A program made the position numbers and the translations under genes. 60,072 nt of DNA from Thermohalobacteraceae bacterium (GTDB taxonomy: Bacteria; Bacillota; Clostridia; Tissierellales; VENL01): positions 1 to 60,072 of the forward strand of contig DAOUQG010000001.1 of the NCBI GenBank assembly GCA_030625765.1, given 5' to 3'. A model generated the notes under the pieces. The model saw nothing but the letters and a program-made list of their open reading frames with translations, was not told where the DNA came from and did no database searches. This document shows positions 31,601-41,244 of the stretch, in pieces (within the stretch, counting starts at the first letter, position 1; each line of letters starts with the position of its first letter).

Positions 31601-32992
31601 TCTGTTGCACATCAATATACTGAGGAGCTTTTTGGAAAAGGATATGTATTTCGTGCAGGTACTATAGGTACTATTGCTGATAAAACTGCATATGGTTTTG
31701 TGAAAAAATATTTTGATGAAAAAGGAATGTCTTTAAATAAAGCTGAAGCAAATAGATTAGTAAAAGGGTGTACTGGAGTAAAGAGAACTTCAGGGCAGCA
31801 TCCTGGTGGAATTATGGTAGTACCAAATTATAAAGATGTATTTGATTTTACTCCCATTCAATATCCTGCAAACGATTCAAAATCAGGTGTAGTAACTACT
31901 CATTTTGACTATCATTCAATAAGTGGTAGAATCTTAAAGCTTGATATTTTAGGCCATGATACTCCTACTATCATTAAGATGCTTGAAGATCTAACAGGTG
32001 TAGACGCTCAACTGATAAGGTTAGATGATAAAGAAACAATGAAGATTTTTAATAGTCCTGAGCCTTTAGGTGTAACATGTGAGGATATAAATTGCGAGAC
32101 TGGCACGTTTGGAATACCAGAATTTGGTACTAAGTTTGTTATTCAGATGCTTCTTGATACTAAGCCAACTACTTTTTCAGAATTAGTTAGAATTAGTGGT
32201 TTATCTCATGGTACCGATGTATGGCTAAATAATGCACAAGATTTAGTTAGAAAAGGTATAGCTGATTTAACTCAGGTTATTTCTACAAGAGATGATATTA
32301 TGACATATTTAATATATAAGGGATTAGACAAAAAGAAGTCATTTGTAATTATGGAAAAGGTTAGAAAAGGTAAGGGTCTAAGTGAAGAAGATGAAGAATA
32401 TATGAGACAATTTAAGGTTTCTGAATGGTATATAGATTCATGTAAAACAATAAAATATATGTTTCCAAAGGCACATGCTGCAGCTTATGTAATGATGTCA
32501 TTTAGGATAGCATATTTTAAAGTTCATTATCCTGAAGCTTTTTATGCAACTTATTTTACTATGAAGGCAGAGGATTTTGATGCAGAACTCATAGTAAATG
32601 GTAATAAAATAGTAAAAGAAAAGATTATAGAATTAGAAGAAATGGGTAATAATAAAACTGCAAAAGAAAAGAATTTATTAACGGTTTTAGAGGTTGCTTC
32701 AGAAATGTTTTCAAGAGGTTTTAAATTTAAAAGGGTAGATTTATATGCCTCTGATAGTGATAAGTTCATAATTGAAAAGGACGGTATACTGCCTCCTTTA
32801 AAATCTCTTCAAGGTGTAGGAGGAAATGCAGCTAAAAGTATAGTAATGGAAAGAAAAAAAGGTGAATTCTTATCTATTGAAGATATACAGAATAGATGTA
32901 AAGTTACAAAAACTGTTATTGAGGCATTAAAAAGCCATGGTTGTTTAGATGGTATGTATCAAAGTAATCAACTTAGTTTATTTAATATTTGA
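28670..32992 (+). CDS. polC: DNA polymerase III alpha subunit, PolC type
   Basis: 1440 aa with a PHP domain, a DEDD exonuclease insert (VVFDIETTGL), a zinc finger (CPECKN...CPKCG) and a polymerase core. Confidence 0.97.
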   Translation: MHLQKTKIFGDLIKKTKINITNKHIYNALVKKVYVNVQERNVNIILASNEIILYEELDTIKEALNVFFEDFKNVDIKVIYRDYEYNLEDLIKSYWNNIEYLFKKEIPSSSAWLKSVDWLVVDRRFNIIINNDIAKHALINKEIDRHIKKIFREEFNLDISVSIKSNSQNENIQLYDEYEKLKEKEELAFISKISNNNVDKDNKKKGKSINKAKKSNNATSNMIYGKKISYEITKISEINTNTGTVAIEGEIFNLEVKEIKGNKKLYIFNITDFSNSITVKVFEHQKTEDKLDGKLNEGLFTRIQGDVVYDSFLKELIIMAKAIMILDKPASRQDNCEEKRVELHLHTTMSDMDGMSSFGDIAKRASEWGHRAIAITDHGVVQAFPEGMNAAKKYGIKILYGLEGYVVNDTIPIVTNLKDRDIDCDYVVFDIETTGLSSRKDKITEIGAVKISQGKIVDRFSQLVNPEIKIPEKIVNLTGITDEMVKDKPVIEDVLPNFLEFIEDSVLVAHNASFDMGFMIESFSKLEITLENPVLDTLQLSRELFKELKSHKLNIVAKHLNISLKNHHRAVDDSEATAHILLKSILLLKEKSVSKLSDVNTIFSDSVNYKTGKTYHIIIFAKNYIGLKNLYKIVSESHINYFYRRPRIPKSLLCKYREGLILGTACEAGELYKSILEKKPDNHVKGIVNFYDFLEIQPIGNNQFLIENGLVKDEEELQNINKKIVKLGEKYNKPVVATCDVHFLNPKDEIYRRILMTGKGFSDADNQPPLYFRTTDEMLDEFSYLGEEKAREVVIENTNKIADNIDEMLPIPDGTYPPEIEGSEEELKEITYKKAISIYGNPLPELVKNRLDRELNSIIGNGYAVMYIIAQKLVKKSLEDGYLVGSRGSVGSSFVATMSDITEVNPLAPHYVCPECKNSEFITDGSVSSGVDMQDKKCPKCGTDYIKDGHDIPFETFLGFEGDKEPDIDLNFAGEYQSVAHQYTEELFGKGYVFRAGTIGTIADKTAYGFVKKYFDEKGMSLNKAEANRLVKGCTGVKRTSGQHPGGIMVVPNYKDVFDFTPIQYPANDSKSGVVTTHFDYHSISGRILKLDILGHDTPTIIKMLEDLTGVDAQLIRLDDKETMKIFNSPEPLGVTCEDINCETGTFGIPEFGTKFVIQMLLDTKPTTFSELVRISGLSHGTDVWLNNAQDLVRKGIADLTQVISTRDDIMTYLIYKGLDKKKSFVIMEKVRKGKGLSEEDEEYMRQFKVSEWYIDSCKTIKYMFPKAHAAAYVMMSFRIAYFKVHYPEAFYATYFTMKAEDFDAELIVNGNKIVKEKIIELEEMGNNKTAKEKNLLTVLEVASEMFSRGFKFKRVDLYASDSDKFIIEKDGILPPLKSLQGVGGNAAKSIVMERKKGEFLSIEDIQNRCKVTKTVIEALKSHGCLDGMYQSNQLSLFNI

Positions 32993-33044
32993 TTTTTGTT
33001 ATTAAATGTGATATTCTAAAGGCAAGTCAATAATCGTTTGCTGA

Positions 33045-33076
33045 AAGAGTGGGGAAGACCCACTCTTACTTTTTTA
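33045..33076 (+). terminator. intrinsic terminator after polC
   Basis: Stem aagagtggg / cccactctt with a 5-nt loop, then acttttttagtttttt. Confidence 0.85.
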
Positions 33077-33144
33077 GTTTTTTAGGCAGAATAATTATTT
33101 ATTTTAAGAAAAAAATATGAATATAAATGTATGGAGGTGAAAAA

Positions 33145-33609
33145 ATGACAAGAAAAGAAATCGAAGAATTAACTAGAGACATTTCAGTTCCTATATTAGA
33201 TGAATTAAATTATGAACTAGTTGATGTAGAATATGTAAAAGAAGGTCCAAATCGGTATTTAAGACTATACATAGATCAGCCAGAAGGAATAAGTATAGAT
33301 GACTGCCAAAAGGCAAGTGAGAAGGTAAGTGAGAAGTTAGATAAACTTGATCCTATTGAAGAAAATTATTTTCTAGAAATATCTTCTCCAGGAATTGATA
33401 GACCTCTTAAAACAGAACAAGATTTGGAGAAAGCTTTAGATGAAGATGTTGAAGTAAATCTTTACAAAACGCTAGATGGAAAAAAGAGATATGAAGGAAT
33501 ACTAGTTAGTTTTAATGATACTAATTTTATCATTCAAAATGATGAATTAGGCGAAATACAAATAGATAGAAATATAGTATCGAAAATTAATTTAGCTGTT
33601 AAATTTTAA
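33145..33609 (+). CDS. rimP: ribosome maturation factor RimP
   Basis: RimP family sequence (YLRLYID, LEISSPGIDRPL). ATG at 33145 follows GGAGGTGA. Confidence 0.92.
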   Translation: MTRKEIEELTRDISVPILDELNYELVDVEYVKEGPNRYLRLYIDQPEGISIDDCQKASEKVSEKLDKLDPIEENYFLEISSPGIDRPLKTEQDLEKALDEDVEVNLYKTLDGKKRYEGILVSFNDTNFIIQNDELGEIQIDRNIVSKINLAVKF

Positions 33610-33620
33610 TAGGGAGGTTT

Positions 33621-34730
33621 ATGGGGATGAAAGCCGAATTTATTCGTGCTCTTGAAGAGATTGAAAAAGAGAAAGGGATTGCAAAGGAGATTTTACTTGA
33701 AGCAATAGAAGTTGCATTAATATCTGGTTATAAAAAGAATTTTGGCTCCTCACAAAACGTAGAGGTTGAAATTGATAACGGAACTGGTGAAGTTCACGTT
33801 TATGCAAAAAAACTTGTAGTAGAAGATGTTGAGGATGATGTATTAGAGATTAGCTTAGAAGAAGCAAAAGAGTATGATTTAAATTATTTAGTAGGGGATG
33901 TTGTTATTATTGAGGCAACTCCTAAAAACTTTGGTAGAATTGCAGCTCAAACAGCAAAGCAAGTAGTCATGCAAAAAATAAAAGAAGCAGAAAGAGAAAT
34001 AGTCTTTAGTGAATTTTCCAATAGAGAAAGTGAAATAATAACAGGCCAGATTCAAAGAGTAAGTCGAAATAATGTTTTAATTGATTTAGGGAAAACTGAA
34101 GGTGTTTTACAACCTACTGAACAAATTGAAGGTGAGATGTATAAACAAGGAGATAGGATTAAAGCTTATATTTTAGAAGTTAAGAAGACAACAAAAGGTC
34201 CACAGATACTATTATCTAGAACTCATCCTGGTTTAGTAAAGAGATTATTTGAATTAGAAGTACCTGAAATCCATGATGGAGTAGTTGATATTTTCAGTAT
34301 ATCTAGAGAAGCTGGATCTAGAACTAAAATTGCTGTTTGTTCAAACGATGAGAATGTAGATGCTGTAGGTGCATGTGTTGGCTTTAAGGGTGCAAGAGTA
34401 AAAGCAGTAGTTGATGAATTAAATGGTGAGAAGATTGATATTGTTACTTGGGACAAAAATCCCGAAGTGTTTATTGCTAATAGCCTTAGTCCTGCAAAGG
34501 TAGTAAAGGTAGACGTAAATGATAAAGAAAAGTCAGCTTTAGTTGTTGTCCCTGATTATCAATTGTCATTAGCTATTGGAAAAGAGGGTCAAAATGCTCG
34601 TCTTGCTGCAAAGCTAACTAATTGGAGAATTGATATTAAGAGTGAGAGTCAATTAAAACAAGAAGATGTAGAAAATAATACAGAAGATGACGTAGAAAAT
34701 AATTCAGAAAATAATCAAGAAATAGAATAA
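33621..34730 (+). CDS. nusA: transcription termination/antitermination factor NusA
   Basis: N-terminal domain, S1 domain and two KH domains (LAIGKEGQNARLAAKLTNWRIDI). ATG 33627 is an equally plausible start. Confidence 0.96.
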   Translation: MGMKAEFIRALEEIEKEKGIAKEILLEAIEVALISGYKKNFGSSQNVEVEIDNGTGEVHVYAKKLVVEDVEDDVLEISLEEAKEYDLNYLVGDVVIIEATPKNFGRIAAQTAKQVVMQKIKEAEREIVFSEFSNRESEIITGQIQRVSRNNVLIDLGKTEGVLQPTEQIEGEMYKQGDRIKAYILEVKKTTKGPQILLSRTHPGLVKRLFELEVPEIHDGVVDIFSISREAGSRTKIAVCSNDENVDAVGACVGFKGARVKAVVDELNGEKIDIVTWDKNPEVFIANSLSPAKVVKVDVNDKEKSALVVVPDYQLSLAIGKEGQNARLAAKLTNWRIDIKSESQLKQEDVENNTEDDVENNSENNQEIE

Positions 34731-34771
34731 TCAATATAATGATGTAGAAATAAAGAAAGAAGGTATGAAGA

Positions 34772-35035
34772 ATGAAAAAAATACCTATTAGAAAATGTGT
34801 TGGATGCAATGAGAATAAGCCTAAAAAAGAGTTAATTCGGATTGTTAGAAATAAAGAGGGAGAAATTAGTATAGATTTAACCGGAAAAGCAAATGGAAGA
34901 GGAGTTTATATTTGCAATAATGTAGGTTGCTTAGAGAAGGCAAAAAAAACAAAAAGAATTAATAGAGCTCTTAATACAGAAATACCTAACGAAATTTTCG
35001 AAAAATTGTTTATGGAGCTAAAAAATAATGAATAA
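34772..35035 (+). CDS. ylxR: YlxR/DUF448 RNA-binding protein
   Basis: PIRKCVGC...KKELIRIV...GRGVYIC motif. Conserved position after nusA. Confidence 0.85.
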   Translation: MKKIPIRKCVGCNENKPKKELIRIVRNKEGEISIDLTGKANGRGVYICNNVGCLEKAKKTKRINRALNTEIPNEIFEKLFMELKNNE

Positions 35036-35324
35036 AGTTTACTCTTTGCTAGGCTTAGGTAAAAAAGCAGGATATATTGTTGCAGGTGAAACAGGGTGCA
35101 TTCAAGAGATTAAACGAAAGAAAGCAAAATTAATTATCTTAGCTAAGGATACATCTGATAACACTAAGGATAGATTCGACGGCTTGTGTGAAAAACATAA
35201 GATAAAATATATTTGTTTCGGTGAAAAAGCTAATTTAGGAAAAGCAATTGGAAAAGAATTAACTGCTGTAATTTCTATACGAGATTTGAAGTTTTCAAAT
35301 GCGATTCTAAATAGCATTGATTAA
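35028..35324 (+). CDS. ylxQ: L7Ae/L30e-family RNA-binding protein YlxQ
   Basis: 98 aa with LGLGKKAGYIVAG and LIILAKDTSDNT. Conserved position before infB. Confidence 0.8.
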   Translation: MNKVYSLLGLGKKAGYIVAGETGCIQEIKRKKAKLIILAKDTSDNTKDRFDGLCEKHKIKYICFGEKANLGKAIGKELTAVISIRDLKFSNAILNSID

Positions 35325-35358
35325 GGCATTGTTTTGAAATTTGTAGGGGGTGGCTGGT

Positions 35359-37524
35359 TTGACTAAAATGAGAGTATATCAATTAGCAAAAGAATTAGAT
35401 ATGTCAAGCAAAGAACTCATAGAAAAATTATCTACTTTAGATATGGATATTGGGAGTCATATGAGTTCGATAGAAGATGAAGATGTAATAATAATAAAAG
35501 AACTTTTAAATGGAAATAATAATGAAGAAGACAAAAAAGATAATAATCATGACACTAGTAAAAAAGATGTTAACCAAAATAAAAACATTAAGAAAGAGAT
35601 AAAATCGAAAAATACTAAGAAATCAAAAGATAAGTCTAATAAAACAGGTGAAGAAAATATGAATGAAAACGAGAATAACAAACAAAATGCAGAAGAAAAC
35701 GCCAATGAAAATACCAATGAAAATACCAATGAAAATGCCAATGAAAATACCAATGAAAATGCCAATGAAATTGAGATAGGTGATAAGATTATTGTAAAAG
35801 ACTTAGCTGAAAAGTTTGGAGTTAATACTAATCAAATAATTACAAAACTGATCTCATTAGGTGTTATAGCTAGTATTAATCAAGAAATAGACTTTGACAC
35901 AGCTAGTATACTAGCTGAAGAATATGGTTATGCAGTTAAACAAGAATCAAATGAGGTAGAAACTGATGATTCTCCTAAAGAAGATTTGGATTTAGATTTT
36001 GAAGATAACGAAGGTGATTTGGTATTAAGACCTCCAGTTGTAACTGTAATGGGTCATGTTGATCATGGTAAAACTTCTCTTCTAGATTCTATAAGAGAGA
36101 CTGATGTAATTTCAGGTGAAGCAGGTGGAATAACTCAACACATAGGTGCATCAACAGTTAAAATAAATAATAAAAAAATTGTATTTTTAGATACTCCTGG
36201 ACATGAGGCTTTTACGTCAATGAGAGCCAGAGGTGCACAGGTTACAGATATTGCTATACTTGTAGTAGCTGCTGATGATGGAGTAATGCCACAAACAATT
36301 GAAGCAATTAACCATGCTAAGGCTGCAAATGTCCCAATAATAGTTGCTGTTAATAAAATAGATAAGCCAGATGCTAATCCTGATAAAGTAAAACAGGAAC
36401 TAATTGAGCATGGATTGTTACCAGAAGATTGGGGTGGAGAAACAATTTGTGTACCCGTATCAGCTATGACTAAGGATGGTATTGATGAACTTTTAGAAAT
36501 GATTTTATTAGTTGCAGAAATGCAGGAAATAAAAGCAAATCCAAATAGAAAAGCAAAGGGCGTAGTTGTTGAAGCAAAATTAGAAAAGGGTAGAGGATCT
36601 GTTGCTACTGTACTTATACAAAAAGGTACTCTACGAGTAGGTGATGTAGTTGTATCTGGTACTGCTCATGGAAAAATACGTGCTATGTTTGATGATAAAG
36701 GAAAGAAAGTGAAGAGAGCTGTACCTTCGACACCAGTTGAGATTCTAGGATTATCAGAGGTACCTAGTGCAGGAGAGCATTTATATGTGGTTGAAAATGA
36801 GAAAAAAGCTAGAGAAATAGTTTCAAATAGAATAGATAAGATAAAATCTGAAAAATTAAAGAGTTCACAGAAGGTTTCTTTGGATGATCTATTCAATCAG
36901 ATAAGTGAAGGAGAAGTTAAAGAATTAAACATAATAATAAAAGCTGATGTAAGTGGTTCTATTGAGGCAGTTAAACAATCCTTGCTTAAATTAAGCATTG
37001 AAGAAGTAAGAGTTAACCCAATTCATGGTGGAGTAGGTGCAATAACTGATACTGATATCATGCTTGCATCTGCATCTAATGCAATAATAATTGGGTTTAA
37101 CGTAAGACCAACTTCTTCTGCAATGGATGCAGCTAAGAGAGAGTCTGTTGATGTAAGAACATATAGAATAATTTATAAAGCAATTGAAGATATTGAAGCA
37201 GCAGTAAAAGGTATGCTAGATCCAGAGTATAAAGAAGTAGTTCTTGGACGTGCAGAAGTTAGAGCAACTTTCAAGGTACCAAAAGCTGGTATGATTGCTG
37301 GGATTTACATTACAGAGGGTAAGATAACTAGAAACTCTAAGATAAGACTTTTGAGAGACAACATTGTTATTCATGAGGGTGAAATTGCATCCTTGAAAAG
37401 ATTTAAAGATGATGTCAAAGAAATCCTAACTGGTTATGAAGGTGGTTTAGGTATAGAAAATTATAATGATGTTAAAGAAGGCGATGTATTAGAAGCTTTC
37501 GTAATGGAAGAAATTGAAAGATAA
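35359..37524 (+). CDS. infB: translation initiation factor IF-2
   Basis: G domain ([28 protein letters not shown]). A TTG at 35359 gives [13 protein letters not shown], matching the Firmicute IF-2 N-terminus. The track ORF starts at 35350. Confidence 0.96.
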   Translation: MTKMRVYQLAKELDMSSKELIEKLSTLDMDIGSHMSSIEDEDVIIIKELLNGNNNEEDKKDNNHDTSKKDVNQNKNIKKEIKSKNTKKSKDKSNKTGEENMNENENNKQNAEENANENTNENTNENANENTNENANEIEIGDKIIVKDLAEKFGVNTNQIITKLISLGVIASINQEIDFDTASILAEEYGYAVKQESNEVETDDSPKEDLDLDFEDNEGDLVLRPPVVTVMGHVDHGKTSLLDSIRETDVISGEAGGITQHIGASTVKINNKKIVFLDTPGHEAFTSMRARGAQVTDIAILVVAADDGVMPQTIEAINHAKAANVPIIVAVNKIDKPDANPDKVKQELIEHGLLPEDWGGETICVPVSAMTKDGIDELLEMILLVAEMQEIKANPNRKAKGVVVEAKLEKGRGSVATVLIQKGTLRVGDVVVSGTAHGKIRAMFDDKGKKVKRAVPSTPVEILGLSEVPSAGEHLYVVENEKKAREIVSNRIDKIKSEKLKSSQKVSLDDLFNQISEGEVKELNIIIKADVSGSIEAVKQSLLKLSIEEVRVNPIHGGVGAITDTDIMLASASNAIIIGFNVRPTSSAMDAAKRESVDVRTYRIIYKAIEDIEAAVKGMLDPEYKEVVLGRAEVRATFKVPKAGMIAGIYITEGKITRNSKIRLLRDNIVIHEGEIASLKRFKDDVKEILTGYEGGLGIENYNDVKEGDVLEAFVMEEIER
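35695..35766 (+). repeat. 6 x 12-nt in-frame tandem repeat in the infB N-terminal linker (NEN[TA] units)
   Basis: The unit gaaaa[ct][ag]ccaat repeats six times head to tail and encodes [24 protein letters not shown]. Confidence 0.9.
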
Positions 37525-37556
37525 AAGCTGAGATGCTTAAGTGAGGTGTACTTTAT

Positions 37557-37937
37557 ATGGGTTCTAAGAGAATAATGAGAATTTCTCAAGAAATAAAAAA
37601 AATCACAAGTAGTATTATTAGAAATGGATTAAAAGATCCTAAAATTTCTCCAATGACTAGTATTACTAAAGTAGAAGTTACGAGAGACTTAAGATATGCA
37701 AAAATATATTTTGCAGTTTTAGGTAATGAAGCTAATAAGCGGGATACCTTAAGAGGCTTAGAAAGAGCAAAGGGCTTTATTAGAAAAGGCATAGGAGAAG
37801 AACTCAATTTGAGATACACACCTGAACCAGTATTTTGTTTAGACGAATCAATTGAACATGGACTTTATATTTCAAAGCTTATTGAAAAGGTTAATAAAAA
37901 GGATGAAAATGAAGAGGCAGTAAAGGATGAACAATAA
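37557..37937 (+). CDS. rbfA: ribosome-binding factor A
   Basis: RbfA family sequence (VEVTRDLRYAKIYF). Conserved position after infB. Confidence 0.93.
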   Translation: MGSKRIMRISQEIKKITSSIIRNGLKDPKISPMTSITKVEVTRDLRYAKIYFAVLGNEANKRDTLRGLERAKGFIRKGIGEELNLRYTPEPVFCLDESIEHGLYISKLIEKVNKKDENEEAVKDEQ

Positions 37938-38898
37938 TAACATTTTTAACCTAGCCATATCGAAAATTGAAGAATGCAAAAGAATTTGCATAATCTCACA
38001 TGTCAACCCTGATGGTGATAGCATTGGGTCGCTACTCGGGTTAGGTATTGCTCTTAAAAGAGATAATGAAAAAGATATTCGCTTAGCTTTAGTTGACGAT
38101 ATTCCTAATGAATATAAATTTTTACCTCGCATAGATTATTTACAGAATATTGATAATAATGATAAATTTGATTTGCTTATTACATTGGATTGTAGTGACT
38201 TAAATCGATTAGGTTCATGTAAATATGTCTCAGATAATTCTTCTTATATTATAAATATTGATCATCATAAAAGTAATGATTATTTTGGAGATATTAATAT
38301 AGTTGATTCAAAAGCCAGTTCAGCTGGCGAGCTAGTTTTTAAGCTATTAAAAAATATGAATACTGATATTGATAAAGAAATTGCAACATGTTTATATGTA
38401 TCAATTTCAACAGATACAGGAAGCTTTAAATACGACAATACATCTTCATTTACTCATAATGTAGCAGCAGAACTATTAGAAAAAGATATAAACAAGAATG
38501 AAATTACTACACAGATATATCAAAACAGAAGCTTAAGTAAAACTAAACTTTTTATTAAGAGTATTAATAGCATGGAAATGTATCTGAATAATAAAATTGG
38601 TGTTGTAATAGTAACACAAGATATGCTAAAATCATGCGATGCTGATATAAAAGATGTTGATGGTATTGTTGAATTTGTCAGAGATATTAGTTCTGTTGAA
38701 GTTGCATGTATTCTCAAGGAATTGGATAGTAATGAAATTAAAGTCGGGTTAAGATCCAAAACAGATATAGATGTCGCAGAAATTTGTGAAAAATTTAGAG
38801 GAGGCGGTCATGCCAAAGCCTCTGGATGCACAATATTTGGCAATGTAAACAATGCAAAAAAACAATTAATTGAAGAGATTATAAAGGCTTTTAGGTGA
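37927..38898 (+). CDS. nrnA: DHH/DHHA1 family phosphoesterase (NrnA-type nanoRNase/pAp phosphatase)
   Basis: Motifs HVNPDGDSIGS, LDCSD, IDHH, DTGSF and GGGH. Confidence 0.85.
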   Translation: MNNNNIFNLAISKIEECKRICIISHVNPDGDSIGSLLGLGIALKRDNEKDIRLALVDDIPNEYKFLPRIDYLQNIDNNDKFDLLITLDCSDLNRLGSCKYVSDNSSYIINIDHHKSNDYFGDINIVDSKASSAGELVFKLLKNMNTDIDKEIATCLYVSISTDTGSFKYDNTSSFTHNVAAELLEKDINKNEITTQIYQNRSLSKTKLFIKSINSMEMYLNNKIGVVIVTQDMLKSCDADIKDVDGIVEFVRDISSVEVACILKELDSNEIKVGLRSKTDIDVAEICEKFRGGGHAKASGCTIFGNVNNAKKQLIEEIIKAFR

Positions 38899-38902
38899 TA
38901 TT

Positions 38903-39802
38903 ATGAAAGGTATAATTAATGTTCTAAAACCTACAGGCATGACATCACATGATGTAGTGTATTTTATTAGAAAGACTTTGAATATAAAAAAGGTAGGACA
39001 TACTGGTACTTTAGATCCAAACGCTGCGGGTGTTCTACCTATCTGTGTCGGGAAAGCTACAAAAATTTCTCAATATCTTACTGATAAGAAAAAAACGTAC
39101 AGAGCTGAGTTAACACTTGGTCAACAAACTGATACTCAAGATAAATATGGACAAGTAATAAATGAATCACAAAAAAGCGTCAGTGAAGATGAGATTATTA
39201 ATGTATTTAAAAAATTCATGGGAGATATAATGCAAATTCCTCCTATGTATTCAGCTATTAAAATTAAAGGAAAAAAATTGTATGAGTTAGCGAGACAAGG
39301 AAAGACTGTTGAAAGAAGTCCTAGAAAAGTTACAATATATAAGCTTGAAATAATAAACATTACTGGTAATAGAATTTTATTTGATGTAGAGTGTTCTAAG
39401 GGTACTTACATTAGGACACTTTGTGATGATATAGGTAATGAGCTGGGAACATATGGTCATATGTCTGTCTTAATTAGGACTCAAGTAGATAAATTTAGTA
39501 TATTTAATTCATGTACTTTAGAACAAATTAAAAAAACTTGTGACGAAGGTAATATCGATAATATTTTATTTCCTTTAGATTATGCTTTGTTTCAATACAA
39601 AGAGTTGACTTTAGATGATAAATATTTTAAAATAATTGAGAATGGTGGGAATGTATCATTAGATAACAATATTCGCTCTGAAAGTAGTATTTATAGTGAG
39701 AATGAAAAGGTAAGAGTATATTGCAAGGATACCTTTATTGGAATAGGGGTTATACATTATACTCAAAGAAAATACTTAAAAATGGATAAAGTTTTGTTAT
39801 AA
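38903..39802 (+). CDS. truB: tRNA pseudouridine(55) synthase
   Basis: KPTGMTSHDVV and the catalytic GHTGTLDP motif. Confidence 0.95.
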   Translation: MKGIINVLKPTGMTSHDVVYFIRKTLNIKKVGHTGTLDPNAAGVLPICVGKATKISQYLTDKKKTYRAELTLGQQTDTQDKYGQVINESQKSVSEDEIINVFKKFMGDIMQIPPMYSAIKIKGKKLYELARQGKTVERSPRKVTIYKLEIINITGNRILFDVECSKGTYIRTLCDDIGNELGTYGHMSVLIRTQVDKFSIFNSCTLEQIKKTCDEGNIDNILFPLDYALFQYKELTLDDKYFKIIENGGNVSLDNNIRSESSIYSENEKVRVYCKDTFIGIGVIHYTQRKYLKMDKVLL

Positions 39803-39813
39803 AGGTGATTTTT

Positions 39814-40719
39814 ATGGACATTATAATAAATAAAGACGTAAGTGTTTCAAGCCCTACAGCTGTTGCTCTAGGAAATTTTGATGGTATACATTTAGGACAT
39901 GAGGTTTTGATTAAGAGGGTTATTGATGAGAGTAAAGAAAAAAGTATAATACCATCTGTTTTTACATTTAGTAATCATACTTCTAGACTTTTAAAAAATA
40001 ATTCCTTTGGATATCTGATAAACAATGATCAAAAGAAAGAAATCTTACAAAATATGGGCCTAAGTCTTTTGTATATGATTGATTTCAAACAGGACATCAG
40101 GCAGATGTGCCCAGAGGATTTTGTAAAGAAAATCCTTGTCAATAGGTTGAATGCTAAATTGATTGTTGTAGGCTTTAATTATCGATTTGGTTTTATGGGT
40201 GAAGGTGATCCAGATAAATTAAAACTTTTTGGTAAAAAATATGGGTTTGAGGTAATTGTCATTAAGCCAATTATTATCGATGGTAATGTTGTTAGCAGTA
40301 GTTTGATAAGACAACAAATAAAAGCAGGGGAAATTGAAAATGCAAATCATCTACTTGGAAGGAAATTCACGTTAGAAGGAAAGATTGTAAACGGAAAAGG
40401 TATTGGTAAAAAGCTTGGATTTGCAACTGCTAACTTGGAGTTGAATTGTAATTATGTATTGCCTAAGCTAGGTGTTTATAAAACTACTACTTATTATAAA
40501 GGTGAAAGTTATTCAAGTATAACTAATGTTGGATATGCCCCAACATTTAATAGTGATGAAATAAGCATCGAAACACATATTTTTAATTTAAATGAAAACT
40601 TATATGAAAGCACCTTAAGTGTAAGCTTTGATAAGTATATTAGAGAAGAGAAGAAGTTTAATAATAAACATGAGCTAATAAAACAAGTTAAAGATGACAT
40701 CAGACATGCAAAGGCATAA
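39814..40719 (+). CDS. ribF: bifunctional riboflavin kinase/FMN adenylyltransferase
   Basis: ALGNFDGIHLGH nucleotidyltransferase motif and a C-terminal riboflavin kinase domain (GFATANL). ATG at 39814 follows AAAGGTGA. Confidence 0.93.
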   Translation: MDIIINKDVSVSSPTAVALGNFDGIHLGHEVLIKRVIDESKEKSIIPSVFTFSNHTSRLLKNNSFGYLINNDQKKEILQNMGLSLLYMIDFKQDIRQMCPEDFVKKILVNRLNAKLIVVGFNYRFGFMGEGDPDKLKLFGKKYGFEVIVIKPIIIDGNVVSSSLIRQQIKAGEIENANHLLGRKFTLEGKIVNGKGIGKKLGFATANLELNCNYVLPKLGVYKTTTYYKGESYSSITNVGYAPTFNSDEISIETHIFNLNENLYESTLSVSFDKYIREEKKFNNKHELIKQVKDDIRHAKA

Positions 40720-40730
40720 TAAAATATATA

Positions 40731-40759
40731 TTTACAAAATATTGCATGTGTGATAGAAT
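40731..40759 (+). promoter_or_regulatory. sigma-A type promoter for rpsO
   Basis: TTTACA (40731-40736), 17-nt spacer, then TAGAAT (40754-40759) with an extended -10 TG at 40751-40752. It leaves a leader of about 80 nt. Confidence 0.6.
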
Positions 40760-40846
40760 AATTTTGGTAATAGCCTTTTGCTAAGTTTTACGTTACCTCG
40801 GCGTTTACTTGGCTTTAGGATAAAAATTAAATTGGAGGTATTATTA

Positions 40847-41116
40847 ATGAATTTAAGTAAAGAAGAAAAAACTAGTATTATTGAAGAATTTAAGACTCAT
40901 GAAGGTGATACTGGTTCACCAGAAGTACAAATAGCTATTTTAACTAATAGAATTAGAAAGCTAAACGATCACTTAAAAGAGCATAAAAAAGATCATCACT
41001 CAAGAAGAGGACTTTTAAAGATGGTTGGTCAGAGAAGAGGACTTACTAATTATTTAATTAAAAAGGATATTGAAAGATATCGTTCTATTATAGCTAGATT
41101 AGGCTTAAGAAAATAA
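40847..41116 (+). CDS. rpsO: 30S ribosomal protein S15
   Basis: 89 aa from the ATG at 40847, after GGAGG (40834-40838). Contains [14 protein letters not shown] and [12 protein letters not shown]. The longer track ORF from 40778 is an artefact. Confidence 0.96.
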   Translation: MNLSKEEKTSIIEEFKTHEGDTGSPEVQIAILTNRIRKLNDHLKEHKKDHHSRRGLLKMVGQRRGLTNYLIKKDIERYRSIIARLGLRK

Positions 41117-41118
41117 TG

Positions 41119-41160
41119 AGAGCGGGGACACCCGCTCTATTGTTTTATTTTTTTGTTTTT
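41119..41160 (+). terminator. intrinsic terminator after rpsO
   Basis: Stem agagcggg / cccgctct with loop gaca, then a long T-rich tail. Confidence 0.85.
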
Positions 41161-41244
41161 TTAAAAACAAATTTATTTATTTTTTATTGTTTTAATGGAT
41201 ATAATAATTAGATACCAAAGAATGTTTCATTGAGGAGGTAAGTT

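Noticed and set aside
35695-35766. Short direct repeats checked as a possible CRISPR array; the same check was applied to 8355-8390
   Set aside because: The repeats are contiguous with no spacers, only 9-12 nt long, in frame and inside infB and flhF coding sequence. They are simple coding tandem repeats.
40778-40846. N-terminal extensions of several track ORFs (rpsO from 40778, dapG from 46973, ylxY from 43401, frr from 21641, rimP from 33127, cheA from 12036, among others)
   Set aside because: In each case an internal ATG or TTG preceded by a proper GGAGG-type SD reproduces the family-typical N-terminus. The upstream extensions run through promoters, terminator hairpins or the preceding gene's end.
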